NCBI GenBank assembly: GCA_041661765.1
Contig: JBAZTV010000003.1
Location: forward strand, 1,064 to 65,063
DNA: 64,000 bases
Source of the DNA: Candidatus Shapirobacteria bacterium
Lineage (GTDB): Bacteria > Patescibacteriota > Microgenomatia > UBA12405
Direction: 5' to 3'
Every line of letters starts with the position of its first letter. Position 1 is the stretch's first letter. A program made the position numbers and the translations under genes. Shown here piece after piece: positions 28,023 through 40,862 of the stretch. Under the pieces are notes generated by a model, which worked only from the letters and a program-made list of their open reading frames with translations, was not told the DNA's origin and made no database searches.

Positions 28023-28565
28023 ATGAAACTCAATTCCCATCAAATCCGCAAATCAAAAGTAGGGGATTCTTTAAAGCTACAAAAACAAATCAAAAGAAAT
28101 CCAATTGTTTTAGTTTTAGATAATGTCCTAGATACTTACAATATTGGCTCTTTTTTTCGTCTGGCCGATGCCTTAGCTGTCGAAAAAATTTGTCTTTGTG
28201 GTCCAGTAGTCACTCCACCAAACATAAAAATTCACCGAGCTTCAATTGGCACTTGGAAGTGGGTTCCCTGGGAACAATATCAAAACACAAAAGAATGTAT
28301 TGAAAAACTTAAAAAAGACGGTTATCAAATCATTGCCTGTGAACAAACCAAAGACAGTATTAATTATTTAGATGCCAAATATAAATTTCCAGTCGCCATA
28401 ATTGCTGGCAGTGAATCATTTGGAATCTCTAAAGATGTTTTAAAATTGGTTGATAAAGTAGTAGAAATACCTATGTTTGGGATAAATATCTCTCTAAACG
28501 TTTTAGTTGCCACTTCTGTTATCAGTTTTGATGTTGTATCTAAACTTACACATAAAAAAGCCTAA
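28023..28565 (+). CDS. SpoU/TrmH-family RNA methyltransferase
   Basis: NIGSFFRLADA, GSESFG, IPMFG..SLNV; ATG 28023. Confidence 0.92.
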   Translation: MKLNSHQIRKSKVGDSLKLQKQIKRNPIVLVLDNVLDTYNIGSFFRLADALAVEKICLCGPVVTPPNIKIHRASIGTWKWVPWEQYQNTKECIEKLKKDGYQIIACEQTKDSINYLDAKYKFPVAIIAGSESFGISKDVLKLVDKVVEIPMFGINISLNVLVATSVISFDVVSKLTHKKA

Positions 28566-28668
28566 AGTAGGGCATTTTTTAAAAAATAATTTTATACAAT
28601 TTTATACAAAAATTTATCCTAAAGATAGGAATAATTTGCTTGTTGTAAAGCTAATTTTGCTCTGTTAA

Positions 28669-30621
<1,953 letters not shown>

Positions 30622-30634
30622 GGGAGAAAAAAAT

Positions 30635-33283
30635 ATGGCTAGTAATATAGAAGATAAAATCCAAAACAAAACTCCATTTAATATTGGTAAGATTCTTGAT
30701 GTCGATCTTGTTCCTGAAATGGAAAAATCTTACCTCGATTATTCAATGAGTGTTATCGTTCAACGCGCTCTTCCAGACGTTCGGGACGGCATGAAACCGG
30801 TTCATCGTCGCATTATTTACGCCATGAATCAAGCCGGCATGACTCCCAGCAGTAAAAATGTAAAATCAGCCGCTGTTGTCGGTGATGTTTTAAAATCTTA
30901 TCATCCACACGGCGACATGTCTGTCTACATGGCTCTCGTTCGTATGGCCCAAGAATTTTCCCTTAGATATCCTCTGATCAAAGGTCAAGGAAACTTTGGT
31001 TCAATCGACGGCGATCCTCCAGCCGCCATGCGTTACACTGAAGTTAAAATGGATAAACTAACTGCTGAAATGGTCACTGACATCAATAAAAATACTGTCG
31101 AGATGATGCCAAACTACGACGCCTCAACTGAAGAGCCAACTGTTCTTCCAGCTAGAATTCCCAATCTTTTATTAAACGGTGCCGACGGTATTGCTGTTGG
31201 TATGGCCACTCGCATTCCACCTCATAATTTAAAGGAATTATGCCAGGCCATTGATTTTATTTTAGACAAAAGTCGTCTTGAAAGAATCGAATCCGAAGTT
31301 GAAATAAATAATCTTTTAATTCAACCCAAAACCACCATTGATTTAGTTTTAAAACCAATTTACGAACTAGAAAAAGAACATTTTAATTTTGAAACCAGTG
31401 CCACTGTCGAAGATTTAACTAAATTTGTTCAAGGCCCAGATTTTCCTACCTCAGGAGAAATTTACGGAAAAACCGGCATTCTTGAAATGTATGCCACTGG
31501 CCGTGGTAAATTTATTGTTCGCGGTAAAACCAATATAGAAGAAACCAAATCTGGTCGAATTAGAATCATTATTACTGAATTACCTTACCAAGTAAATAAG
31601 GCCGAATTTGTCAAAAAAATTGCTGATTTAGTTCGTGACAAAAAAATAATTGGCATCTCTGATCTTCGCGACGAATCCGATCGTCATGGTATTAGAGTTG
31701 TGGTTGAAATTAAAAAAATCGGCAGACCAAAGTCAGTTTTAAACAAACTCTTTAAATATACCGCTCTTCAATCATCTTATTCAGCCAATATGTTGGCTCT
31801 GGTTGACGGTGTTCCTCAAACTCTCAACTTACGTCAAATGTTACTTCTTTTCCTTCGACATCGAGAAACAGTTATTCGTCGTCGCACCATTTTTGATCTC
31901 AAAGGCATGATGATGCGTTCTCATATTCTCGAAGGTCTTAAAAAAGCACTCGATATCATCGACGAAATTATTAAAACCATTCGTGCTTCAAAAAGTACTG
32001 ATGAAGCTCGAGAAAATTTAATAACCAAATTTGAATTTACAGATCTTCAAGCCAATGCTATTCTTGAAATGCAACTTCGTAAACTCGCCGCCCTCGAACG
32101 TCAAAAACTCGAAGAAGAATTAAAGAATGTATTAGAGACAATCAATGAATTAACCGCAATCATCACCAAACCAGAAATTATGGTTGCTGTTCTAAAAAAA
32201 GAAAACAGTGAAATTATTGAAAAATATGGAGATGTTCGAAAAACTAAAATATTTGTTCGAGGTCTAGACGATTTTAGTGAAGAAGATTTAATTCCAAACG
32301 AAGCCGTTCTTATCGCTCTTACTAAAACAGGTTATATTAAACGAGTTGCCAAAGAAACCTATCATACTCAAAAACGCGGTGGTGTCGGTGTCGTTGGTAT
32401 GACCACTAAAAATGAAGACGAAATTGAATGTATGCTTTCCGTTGACACCCACGATGATCTCTTATTTTTCACCAACCGCGGTCGAGTTTTTAAAACCAAA
32501 GTTTGGGATGTTCAAGAAGGTAGTCGACAAGCCAAAGGTCAGGCAGTCGTCAATTTAATTAATACTATTCAAGGTGAAACTGTTCAAACAATTCTTCCTA
32601 TTAGTAAAAATACTAAAGCTAAGTTTATTTTACTTGCCACAAAAAATGGAGTTGTCAAAAAGACTTCTATTGATAAATTTAAAAATATTCGTCAAACCGG
32701 TTTAGCCGCCATCAAACTCGATCTCAATGATCAACTTACTTGGGCTAAACTAACCGAAGGTGATAACCAAATATTTTTAGTTACTAAAAATGGTAAATGT
32801 ATTCGTTTTGATGAAAGAGATTGTCGACCAATGGGTCGTCAAACTCGAGGTGTTCGAGGCATTCTTCTTAAAGAAGGTGACACCCTAGTTGGTATGGCTG
32901 TTGTCCCCAGTGTTATTGATAAAAAAGAAAAGGGGATTTTTAAACACCTTCTAGTTGTCACTGAAAATGGTGTCGGTAAAAGAACTGATGTCTATCTCTA
33001 CCCTTCCCAAAAACGAGGTGGTATCGGCATTAAAGTTGCCAATCTCAGTGTTAAATCCGGTAAAATCGCCGCCGCTCAAGTCGTTTCTGAAGTTGATGAA
33101 TTAGTTGTTCTTGTTTCCAAAAAAGCTATAACCATCAAACTACCATTAAAAAATATTCCCACCCTTAGTCGTAACACTAAAGGAGTTATCCTTATGCGTT
33201 TCAAATCCACCGATGACAAGCTAAATGCCATGACTATTATTGACAAAAATGATTCCGCCGTGGAAGACGAAAAAATCAAATAA
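30635..33283 (+). CDS. gyrA: DNA gyrase subunit A
   Basis: [21 protein letters not shown], GyrA-box QKRGGVG. Confidence 0.97.
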   Translation: MASNIEDKIQNKTPFNIGKILDVDLVPEMEKSYLDYSMSVIVQRALPDVRDGMKPVHRRIIYAMNQAGMTPSSKNVKSAAVVGDVLKSYHPHGDMSVYMALVRMAQEFSLRYPLIKGQGNFGSIDGDPPAAMRYTEVKMDKLTAEMVTDINKNTVEMMPNYDASTEEPTVLPARIPNLLLNGADGIAVGMATRIPPHNLKELCQAIDFILDKSRLERIESEVEINNLLIQPKTTIDLVLKPIYELEKEHFNFETSATVEDLTKFVQGPDFPTSGEIYGKTGILEMYATGRGKFIVRGKTNIEETKSGRIRIIITELPYQVNKAEFVKKIADLVRDKKIIGISDLRDESDRHGIRVVVEIKKIGRPKSVLNKLFKYTALQSSYSANMLALVDGVPQTLNLRQMLLLFLRHRETVIRRRTIFDLKGMMMRSHILEGLKKALDIIDEIIKTIRASKSTDEARENLITKFEFTDLQANAILEMQLRKLAALERQKLEEELKNVLETINELTAIITKPEIMVAVLKKENSEIIEKYGDVRKTKIFVRGLDDFSEEDLIPNEAVLIALTKTGYIKRVAKETYHTQKRGGVGVVGMTTKNEDEIECMLSVDTHDDLLFFTNRGRVFKTKVWDVQEGSRQAKGQAVVNLINTIQGETVQTILPISKNTKAKFILLATKNGVVKKTSIDKFKNIRQTGLAAIKLDLNDQLTWAKLTEGDNQIFLVTKNGKCIRFDERDCRPMGRQTRGVRGILLKEGDTLVGMAVVPSVIDKKEKGIFKHLLVVTENGVGKRTDVYLYPSQKRGGIGIKVANLSVKSGKIAAAQVVSEVDELVVLVSKKAITIKLPLKNIPTLSRNTKGVILMRFKSTDDKLNAMTIIDKNDSAVEDEKIK

Positions 33284-33298
33284 AATAAAATCTATTTG

Positions 33299-33332
33299 GT
33301 AGAGACGGTCCGAAATTTCGGACCGTCTCTAC
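33299..33332. repeat. GTAG-type REP palindrome (intergenic)
   Basis: Perfect 34-bp palindrome GTAGAGACGGTCCGAAATTTCGGACCGTCTCTAC. Confidence 0.9.
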
Positions 33333-33541
33333 ATATTTTATTAATACTATAAGACATACACATTTAATAAGCACACATTAGCAGATAATATAAATAATTG
33401 CTAATACACCCCATATTTCTATTTTTGGCCTAAATTAGGGATAAATTCAACACTACTAAAGATAAACCGAATGAAAACAGTGCAGGGGAGTGATTTTTAT
33501 AAAAATGGCCTCACTATAGGGTATTAATATTACATGTGATC

Positions 33542-34480
33542 TTATTTATTACCACTATGAAATTTCTCATGAACTTCTCTTAATCTAGCATCTGTCACAT
33601 GGGTGTAAATTTGAGTCGTAGCAATATTTTTATGTCCCAAAAGTTCTTGGACTGATCTCAAATCCGCTCCAGATCGAAGCAGGTCAGTCGCCATTGAATG
33701 TCTTAAAGTATGAGGCGTCGCATCAACCGGTAAATTCGCCGTTTTTACATAATGCTTCACCAATCTTTGCACCGATCTAACCGTCAATCTAACTTTTTCT
33801 TCACTCGCTGGAATTTCATTTGGCCGCAAGACTCTACTAAACAGGGGTTTATATTTGTCCTCTCGACTCATTAAATATTTTGCGACATAATCAGCTGCTT
33901 GCCTAGAAATAAAAACCACTCTCGCTCGTCCACCTTTTCCAATCACTCCAAACTCTCTGGTTTTTAAATTAATTTGGTCACGATTCAAATGAACCAATTC
34001 CGAAACCCGCAATCCAGTTGAAAACAAAAGTTCTAAAATTGCTCTGTCTCTAAAACCATTTTTACTAGAGGGGATTGGCTGCACTAAAAGTCTCTCCATC
34101 TGTTGAGCATCTAAAAATTTTAATGAATGATCTTTAACTTTCGGCACATCCAATTTTTCTGGTTGAAGCACTTTGTAATCATTTTTAATCAACCATTTCA
34201 AAAATGACCTCAGGGCAATCACATAATAACCTTGCGTCACCAATTTCATTTCTCCCACAGTTCCCTTCTGTCTGGCCAAAAACAATCTAAACCTTCTCAC
34301 CATATCCGAAGTTATATCATTAATTGTATTTTTTTCATTTTCCTTTTTTCCTTCTGATAAAAACTTTGTCAAGACTTCTAAATAATGCTGATAATTTCTA
34401 ATCGTCAATCTTGAACAATTTTTTTCAATTTCCAGATGCTCTAAAAATCGCCTAATCAAAATATTCAAATCATTTTCCAT
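33542..34480 (-). CDS. Xer-family tyrosine recombinase
   Basis: RDRAILELLFSTGLRVSEL, GKG, TPHTLRHS.ATDLL, VQELLGH, TTQIYTHV. Confidence 0.95.
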   Translation of the reverse strand: MENDLNILIRRFLEHLEIEKNCSRLTIRNYQHYLEVLTKFLSEGKKENEKNTINDITSDMVRRFRLFLARQKGTVGEMKLVTQGYYVIALRSFLKWLIKNDYKVLQPEKLDVPKVKDHSLKFLDAQQMERLLVQPIPSSKNGFRDRAILELLFSTGLRVSELVHLNRDQINLKTREFGVIGKGGRARVVFISRQAADYVAKYLMSREDKYKPLFSRVLRPNEIPASEEKVRLTVRSVQRLVKHYVKTANLPVDATPHTLRHSMATDLLRSGADLRSVQELLGHKNIATTQIYTHVTDARLREVHEKFHSGNK

Positions 34481-34808
34481 AAACTATCTTATCATGATAC
34501 CAATTAAGAGGTAAAAGTAATCAGAAAATTTTTAATCTTCATTTCTAGGGGCTCTGGTGACGTCTTAGGTTCATTTTGCCTATCTTTAGGCACAATTATC
34601 AAAATCTCCTCTTTAAAATAGTACAGGGGAGTCAATCACCAAATTTTAAACCCAAAGACCATCTATAAAGCAGGCAAGTCAAATAGGGAATTTGTTTATT
34701 AATTAATTATTAAAAATAAATAAATAAAAGCATGATCCAAATAAAAGAAAAAATAAAAATTTTGAAAAAGACAAAAAACAGCACTCCCCCTACCTAACTC
34801 TTTAGTTA

Positions 34809-34836
34809 ATGTCGCAAAAGATACATTGTGCGACAT
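34809..34836. other. Putative dif-like Xer binding/recombination site
   Basis: 11-6-11 architecture ATGTCGCAAAA-GATACA-TTGTGCGACAT, 330 bp upstream of xer. Confidence 0.6.
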
Positions 34837-35314
34837 AGCATATTTAGCCACCTTCTGCTAGGAGATAGGAATAAAAACTCTTTTCCCTCTCTTAGTTATT
34901 TATTAATTAATAATTAATTCTCCATTATTAATTAATTGATAAATAACTCTTACTCCTCCCTCTTGGGCAGTCCTTTTTGATACATTCGGTAAAAAATAGG
35001 TTTTCCACATAGACTATATCACACTATATCACCTGCTCCGTGAAAACTATAGTATATTTCGTGAAAATATTATAGGATGTTTTATATTATAGGACTCCCC
35101 TCCGCCCTGCCCACCTGTTCTTAAAAAAAATTAAAAAACTATAAACTTTAAATTAAAATACCCGTTTTTTTAACCTAACTCTGGTTTTTTTATAGATTAA
35201 AAAAATAGTTCATTGCCTATCATCTACAATTTAAAAATTAATTCTAAACTCCCCTGTTTTAAGAACAAAAAACCATCAAATTATACCTATCTTTCCATTA
35301 AAAATAAATATAAA

Positions 35315-35385
35315 GTCGCTCTGTCTCAGCCAAAGGCTGATCGGCCTCTGGCCGAAAGGGAGGTGCCCGCATGGCGGAGGGTTTT
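35315..35385 (+). repeat. Nested G-tailed palindromic element (intergenic)
   Basis: CTGTC-[TCAGCCAAAGGCTGA-TCGGCCTCTGGCCGA]-AAGGGAGGTGCCCGCATGGCGGAGGGTTT. Confidence 0.85.
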
Positions 35386-37144
35386 ATTTTATAAACCCAC
35401 CCACTTGTATATTCCAAAGCCTTTTATAAACACCTTTTTCTTGTTTAATTAATTTTTCATGAATTCCTTCCTCAACAATCTTTTTATTATCTATAACTAC
35501 AATTCTATCCGCTTTTTTAATAGTAGATAATCTATGAGCAATTATAATCACCGTTTTATTTTTCATTAACGCATCCAATGATTCTTGTATAAATCTTTCT
35601 GATTCCGAATCTAAACTTGAAGTAGCCTCATCTAAAACCAATATTGGTGCGTTTCTTAAAATTGCCCTAGCAATAGCCACTCTTTGACGTTCACCACCAG
35701 AAAGCTTGATTCCTCTTTCCCCAACAAAAGTATCGTAACCAAAATGCAATTTACTTATAAATTCATCACAATGTGCCAATTTAGCCGCCCTAATTACTTC
35801 TTCATCAGTCGCATCAAACTTACCATATCGAATATTTTCCATCAAACTCCTGTGAAATAATATCGGATCTTGCGGCACTAAACTAATATTGTTTCTTAAA
35901 CTCTCTTGAGTAACCTGTGAAATATCCTGACCGTCAATCAATATTTTCCCTTTTTGTATTTCAAACATCCTTAATAATAATTTAGTTAGTGTCGTCTTTC
36001 CTGCACCAGATGTTCCTATCAATGCCACAGTTTCTTTTGCCTTAATTTCTAAACTAAAATCATCAATAATACTTTCGTCTTCTTCATAAGCAAAACCAAC
36101 ATTATTAAAATTTATTTTTCCAAACTTAACTTTCAAATCACTAGCATTTTTTGTATCAACAATTTCATGTGGAATATTCAAAATAACTGTCATCTCCTCA
36201 GCTTCAGCCAATTTTTCATATATCTTCATAATTATTTTACCAAAATCCCAAACCATCGACATCACAAATATAATATAAGTTTGTATTAATACAAAATCAC
36301 CAACAGTTATAACATCTCTACTCCAAAGTTTAATTGCAAAATAAAATATTCCTACTTCTAAAAACACCAGTAAAAGTGATTGTAAACCATAAAATCCTGA
36401 ACCTAACTCCCAAGCAAACACTCTCACTTTATGTAAATTATCTGCCAAATTAGAAAAACTATTGTTTTCCTTTTTATATCCGTTAAATAACTTTATATTA
36501 GCATTATTAGTTACCGTATCAGCCAAAAAACTACTTGTAGCCGTTTCTGCTTCACTTCTCTGAATATCAAATTTTAATTTATATTTAGTAAAAATCCAAT
36601 TAATTAATAAGAATAATATTATCCAAACCAATATTCCCAACCCCAAATAAATATTAATCTTAGCCAAAACAATAATAATAATTGATATTTTTATAAACGA
36701 TGGTAGTAACTGATAAAAAAATTGATCTGCTAGAACTTCAAAAGCACCAATAAAACTTTTAACTTTTTTAACAATAGAACCAGTAAAACTATTAGAAAAA
36801 TAAGCAAAAGAATGATAATGTAAATAAGAAAAGCATTCCTTGCTTAAATCTGTCATGATTTTTGACTCATAGAAATTTAAAATGAAGAATGCAACTCGCC
36901 AAAAAAACCACTTAAGTAATTTCAATACTGATATCACTAACAAAATCGAAAACAAACTTACGGTTAAAATATCTTTAGGCTGGTTTTCAGTTAAAACATT
37001 AAAAAAATTCTTAAAATATATAGGAATTATTGACTCTAATACTGAACCAGTAATAATTAAAAAACACAAACTAAAACTGAGCAATTTATAATTACCCATA
37101 TTCTTTAAATAATACTTAACTGTTTTTTTAGTGTTATCTTTCAT
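35384..37144 (-). CDS. ABC exporter, fused permease/ATPase
   Basis: TM domain plus GTSGAGKTT, LSGGERQR, LDEATSSLD. Confidence 0.95.
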   Translation of the reverse strand: MKDNTKKTVKYYLKNMGNYKLLSFSLCFLIITGSVLESIIPIYFKNFFNVLTENQPKDILTVSLFSILLVISVLKLLKWFFWRVAFFILNFYESKIMTDLSKECFSYLHYHSFAYFSNSFTGSIVKKVKSFIGAFEVLADQFFYQLLPSFIKISIIIIVLAKINIYLGLGILVWIILFLLINWIFTKYKLKFDIQRSEAETATSSFLADTVTNNANIKLFNGYKKENNSFSNLADNLHKVRVFAWELGSGFYGLQSLLLVFLEVGIFYFAIKLWSRDVITVGDFVLIQTYIIFVMSMVWDFGKIIMKIYEKLAEAEEMTVILNIPHEIVDTKNASDLKVKFGKINFNNVGFAYEEDESIIDDFSLEIKAKETVALIGTSGAGKTTLTKLLLRMFEIQKGKILIDGQDISQVTQESLRNNISLVPQDPILFHRSLMENIRYGKFDATDEEVIRAAKLAHCDEFISKLHFGYDTFVGERGIKLSGGERQRVAIARAILRNAPILVLDEATSSLDSESERFIQESLDALMKNKTVIIIAHRLSTIKKADRIVVIDNKKIVEEGIHEKLIKQEKGVYKRLWNIQVGGFIK

Positions 37145-37170
37145 CCTTAGTAAAATTGATTATATCCTAT

Positions 37171-37959
37171 TTAATCACCTGAAATTCCAGTCAGTATTAT
37201 TCCTAAAATAGTCGCTATTCCGACCCATACAAAAACTAACCAAGTCCTTTTAAATAATCTACCCCTTAATTCAGCATGTAATAAACCGTTTATTATATAA
37301 ACTATCATCACTAAATAAATTGATCCTTTAAAAATACCAATCGGCCAAAAACTTAAAATCAATGCTATTTCTGAGACCAAAAGTGATGGCATTAATATGT
37401 AATACCAAATGTTTTTATCCTTTCCATCATTAGCCAATTCTATTGTCACACTAAAAAATATATATAAAAAGATTATCATCGATATAATAAAAACGAACAG
37501 CATGTTTAACCAATAAACCAATTTAAAAGAGAATAAACTGTTAAACAAAAAAAATGAAGTCAACAATAATAAAATTAATCCAACAGTATAAGCAGCTCTA
37601 TATAAGGGTGGAGTCCTAAACCCAATTGCCACTAAAAACACATTTTCCACTAAAAACATAGCATAACAAATAAATCCAAAAAATAAACTGTACATTAAAC
37701 TTAAAAATAAATTTTGGGGTAATAAAATTGCAAATAAAGCAAAACCAATAAAAAAAGCAGTCGGCATTACCATCGACATCAAACGAATATATACACTCTT
37801 ATCAAATACAATTCCCAATCCAAACCAAAAACAAAAAATTATTAAAACAATACCTATAAATAACCCATAATAATGAGATTCATAAGGTAAACTTAAAAAA
37901 AAATAAAAACCAACTGACGCTAATAAAGATGAAATAAAATACTTAAATCTTTTTGACAT
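37171..37959 (-). CDS. Polytopic membrane protein
   Basis: About 8 TM segments; start ATG 37959 after TATAAT. Confidence 0.75.
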   Translation of the reverse strand: MSKRFKYFISSLLASVGFYFFLSLPYESHYYGLFIGIVLIIFCFWFGLGIVFDKSVYIRLMSMVMPTAFFIGFALFAILLPQNLFLSLMYSLFFGFICYAMFLVENVFLVAIGFRTPPLYRAAYTVGLILLLLTSFFLFNSLFSFKLVYWLNMLFVFIISMIIFLYIFFSVTIELANDGKDKNIWYYILMPSLLVSEIALILSFWPIGIFKGSIYLVMIVYIINGLLHAELRGRLFKRTWLVFVWVGIATILGIILTGISGD

Positions 37960-37966
37960 TAGTATA

Positions 37967-38668
37967 TTATACCTTCTTATAATCGAATCCCATAAAAACA
38001 TTTACCACATCATCATTTTCTTCCAATTCTTCCACCATATCCATAATTTTACCCACTTCTTCTTCTGAATTAAGCATAACTGGGTTATTTGATCTTAAAA
38101 CCAATTCTGACCTATTTATAGTTAAACCCATATCCTCTATCTTTTTTACTACACTATCCAAATCATTTGGCTCTACTAAAACAATATTCCCATCAAAATC
38201 AACTGCCCCAGCATCAATTAATTCCAATTGCTTTTCTTCAGGAATTTCACCATTCTGCTCCACAAAATCCAACTCTATCTCCCCTACTCTTTTAAATTGA
38301 AATAATACTGAGTTGTTATCCCCTAAACTTCCACCATAATTTCTAAAAATTAATTTAATTTCACCCAAAATTCTGTTTTTATTATCCGTTTCTAGTTCAA
38401 TCACAACTGGCACTCCAAAAGGACCATAACCTTCCATTGTCATTACTACCAAATTTGCTTTTCTTGACTCAAACTTAGCAATTAATCTATCAATATTTTC
38501 CTTTGGCATATTTACTTCTTTTGCTTTCTCAATCGCCGCCTTTAAACCCACTCCGTCTCTGATTGCTGTCAAAATATTTTTTGATGCTCTAGTAAAAACT
38601 GCACTTCTCTTTTTATCCTGCGCTCCCTTTCGATTTTTAATATTTGACCATTTAGAGTGACCTGACAT
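37967..38668 (-). CDS. yebC: YebC/PmpR family protein
   Basis: MSGHSKWSNIK, NMPKENI, EGYGPFG, TDNKNR. Confidence 0.95.
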   Translation of the reverse strand: MSGHSKWSNIKNRKGAQDKKRSAVFTRASKNILTAIRDGVGLKAAIEKAKEVNMPKENIDRLIAKFESRKANLVVMTMEGYGPFGVPVVIELETDNKNRILGEIKLIFRNYGGSLGDNNSVLFQFKRVGEIELDFVEQNGEIPEEKQLELIDAGAVDFDGNIVLVEPNDLDSVVKKIEDMGLTINRSELVLRSNNPVMLNSEEEVGKIMDMVEELEENDDVVNVFMGFDYKKV

Positions 38669-38671
38669 AAA

Positions 38672-39535
38672 TTAATTCCTATTTAAATAACTAGAGTATT
38701 TTATCATTGAAGCTAAATTATCACCAAAATATAATTCCAACTCATTTTCATTCAAAGTTTGATCATATTTTTTATCACAATCAAAAATTTTATTGATCAT
38801 TTTCCATCCATAATTTAAATCAACCTTATCTCCATAAACCATTAAACATTTATCTATTTTTCCTTCATTATTATCAGCCGAAATCACCGAAAATCCTGAC
38901 CATTCCAATCTTTTTGTCATAAAACCAGCCAAACCACTTTCACTGGTATTATTAAAAATTGACAACCTTAAATCCTCATTATTTAACCTATTTTCCGAAA
39001 AATCTCTAACCATAATCTCACTTAAAAATAATTCATTTTGATCTAAACTTCCATCTATTTTTTCCTCTTTCAAAAGCATTTTATCATAATTGATTCTGTA
39101 TTTTAACCAATTTAAAAATCCTAAATTATCAATCAAAACCGAATCTTTTTTCCAATCATTAACTGAATTCAAAACTAAAATCTTATCCGTTAAAAATCCA
39201 AAATTATACCAAAAAACATCCTTCATTAAATCTATTTTTTTCTCTTGTTCTAAAATATTTTTAACTTTTTTATTGTTATACCAAGACATTCCATATGGAA
39301 TCCAAATATCAACCTCAGGCCCCAAATTTAACACATTAATCATTTTTCGCTCATCAGAAATCGATACTAAAACAATTCCATCACTAGCAATTATTCCCAA
39401 TTTATAGTCTAAATTTTCACTTTTATCTCTCTTTTTCAAAAAACCAACTAAAATTAAAATTGCCAAAAATAATAATAAAACCAATCCTAACAATAATTTT
39501 AAATTCAGTATTTTTTTTGTTTTAGCATTCTTCAT
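38672..39535 (-). CDS. Membrane-anchored LytR C-terminal-domain protein
   Basis: N-terminal TM; IFNNTSESGLA..LEWSGF; LYFGDN. Confidence 0.7.
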   Translation of the reverse strand: MKNAKTKKILNLKLLLGLVLLLFLAILILVGFLKKRDKSENLDYKLGIIASDGIVLVSISDERKMINVLNLGPEVDIWIPYGMSWYNNKKVKNILEQEKKIDLMKDVFWYNFGFLTDKILVLNSVNDWKKDSVLIDNLGFLNWLKYRINYDKMLLKEEKIDGSLDQNELFLSEIMVRDFSENRLNNEDLRLSIFNNTSESGLAGFMTKRLEWSGFSVISADNNEGKIDKCLMVYGDKVDLNYGWKMINKIFDCDKKYDQTLNENELELYFGDNLASMIKYSSYLNRN

Positions 39536-40196
39536 ATTTCTTTAAAATTTCAACCAAATCTTCAGGCAAATCTATTTCCACTTTCATTTCCTGATTACTA
39601 ATTGGATGTTCAAAAATTATTTTATACGCATGCAAAAATGGCCTTTTAAAACCATCAAGAACTTCCCCTCCATAAACTTTATCACCTACCAACGGCCATC
39701 TTAAATGACTCAAATGAACCCTAATTTGATGCGTTCTTCCAGTTTTTAAATCAATATCCAACAAACTATAAGTTTTTCCATTTTTTTTATATTTTTTAAT
39801 TAATTTAAATTTTGTTAATGCTCTTTTTCCTTCCTCATTGACCCCAAATTTAGCAAAAGAATATTTTGATCTGGCAATCGGCATATCTACTGTCCCCTCA
39901 AAAGAGGCGTCTCCACCTATTAAACAATAATATTTTTTAGTTAAACTTCTTTCTTTAAATTGCTTTTTTAAGCCCAAAAAAACCTCTTCATTTTTAGCCA
40001 CCAAAACTAATCCTGAAGTTCCTTTGTCTAATCTATGAATTATTCCATTTCTCGGTAAATTATTATGTCGAATTTCATGTAGATAATCTTCCAAAGTATT
40101 ACTTTCCTCTTTTTTTTCCTTAGTTGTCGTCATTAATGACGGTTTTTCTATCACTATAATATCTTTATCCTCAAAAATTATTTTGACTTTTTCCAT
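39522..40196 (-). CDS. RluA-family pseudouridine synthase
   Basis: HRLDKGTSG, TGRTHQIRVH, GDKVYG, FLHA. Confidence 0.95.
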   Translation of the reverse strand: MEKVKIIFEDKDIIVIEKPSLMTTTKEKKEESNTLEDYLHEIRHNNLPRNGIIHRLDKGTSGLVLVAKNEEVFLGLKKQFKERSLTKKYYCLIGGDASFEGTVDMPIARSKYSFAKFGVNEEGKRALTKFKLIKKYKKNGKTYSLLDIDLKTGRTHQIRVHLSHLRWPLVGDKVYGGEVLDGFKRPFLHAYKIIFEHPISNQEMKVEIDLPEDLVEILKKYEEC

Positions 40197-40465
40197 AATA
40201 AATCAATTAAACAAAATAAAACTCCTATTCCAATTATCCAATCATTAATATTATTGTAAAGACCCGTTCCTAAAAAATTCCAATAATCACCAACATATCC
40301 AAACATTATTCTCTCAATTAAGTTTAAAAAACCCCCAATAAAGATAAACCAATACCATCGACCTTTTTTAATACTCAAAACCAAAAAAACAAAAACAAAA
40401 ATCACACTCAACGCAATAAAAAAAAACCCACTTATTCCAAAACTTATTCCATAATTTTTGACCAT
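40178..40465 (-). CDS. lspA: Lipoprotein signal peptidase II-like (very short)
   Basis: NYGISFG, GGFLNLIER, GYVGDY, NIND. Confidence 0.7.
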   Translation of the reverse strand: MVKNYGISFGISGFFFIALSVIFVFVFLVLSIKKGRWYWFIFIGGFLNLIERIMFGYVGDYWNFLGTGLYNNINDWIIGIGVLFCLIDLLWKKSK

Positions 40466-40477
40466 AAAACCAAAAAA

Positions 40478-40861
40478 TTAATTTTCGCTTTCTTTACTAC
40501 ATTTAATACAAGTTGTTGCTTCTGCCCTAACCGCCAACCTATCAGTATCAATCATTTTTCCACATTTTTCACAAATTCCATATTTACCTATTTTAATTCT
40601 AGTTAATGCAGTTCTAAATTGTGCAATCTGCCTGCTCAAAAATTTAGTCTTAATTTCATTATCAAAATGGCCAATTTGTTCATCAACATCCTCTTCTAAA
40701 GAATTCTCAGTAGTCCTATTTTCATCCAAAAAGGGATCGTCTTTTTTTAATTGTTTTTTTGTTCTTTTAAGCTTAACTAGTTCTTTTTCCAAAAATAACT
40801 TAATCGGCAACAACAATCGACTAGGAAAATTTAAAATTACTTTATCTTTTTTTTCTCTCAT
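40478..40861 (-). CDS. TraR/DksA C4 zinc-finger protein
   Basis: ALTRIKIGKYGICEKCG..I..DRL..A..CIKC. Confidence 0.9.
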   Translation of the reverse strand: MREKKDKVILNFPSRLLLPIKLFLEKELVKLKRTKKQLKKDDPFLDENRTTENSLEEDVDEQIGHFDNEIKTKFLSRQIAQFRTALTRIKIGKYGICEKCGKMIDTDRLAVRAEATTCIKCSKESEN

Positions 40862-40862
40862 A

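Noticed and set aside
33542-34480. Prophage, integron or genomic-island integrase
   Set aside because: Housekeeping Xer-like sequence; no phage genes, attC arrays or att duplications seen
34481-35314. Replication origin (oriC)
   Set aside because: Only one imperfect DnaA box, no dnaA/dnaN nearby, no skew switch seen
35213-35452. 79-aa ORF
   Set aside because: TTG start, largely a read-through of a palindromic element, overlaps the ABC gene end
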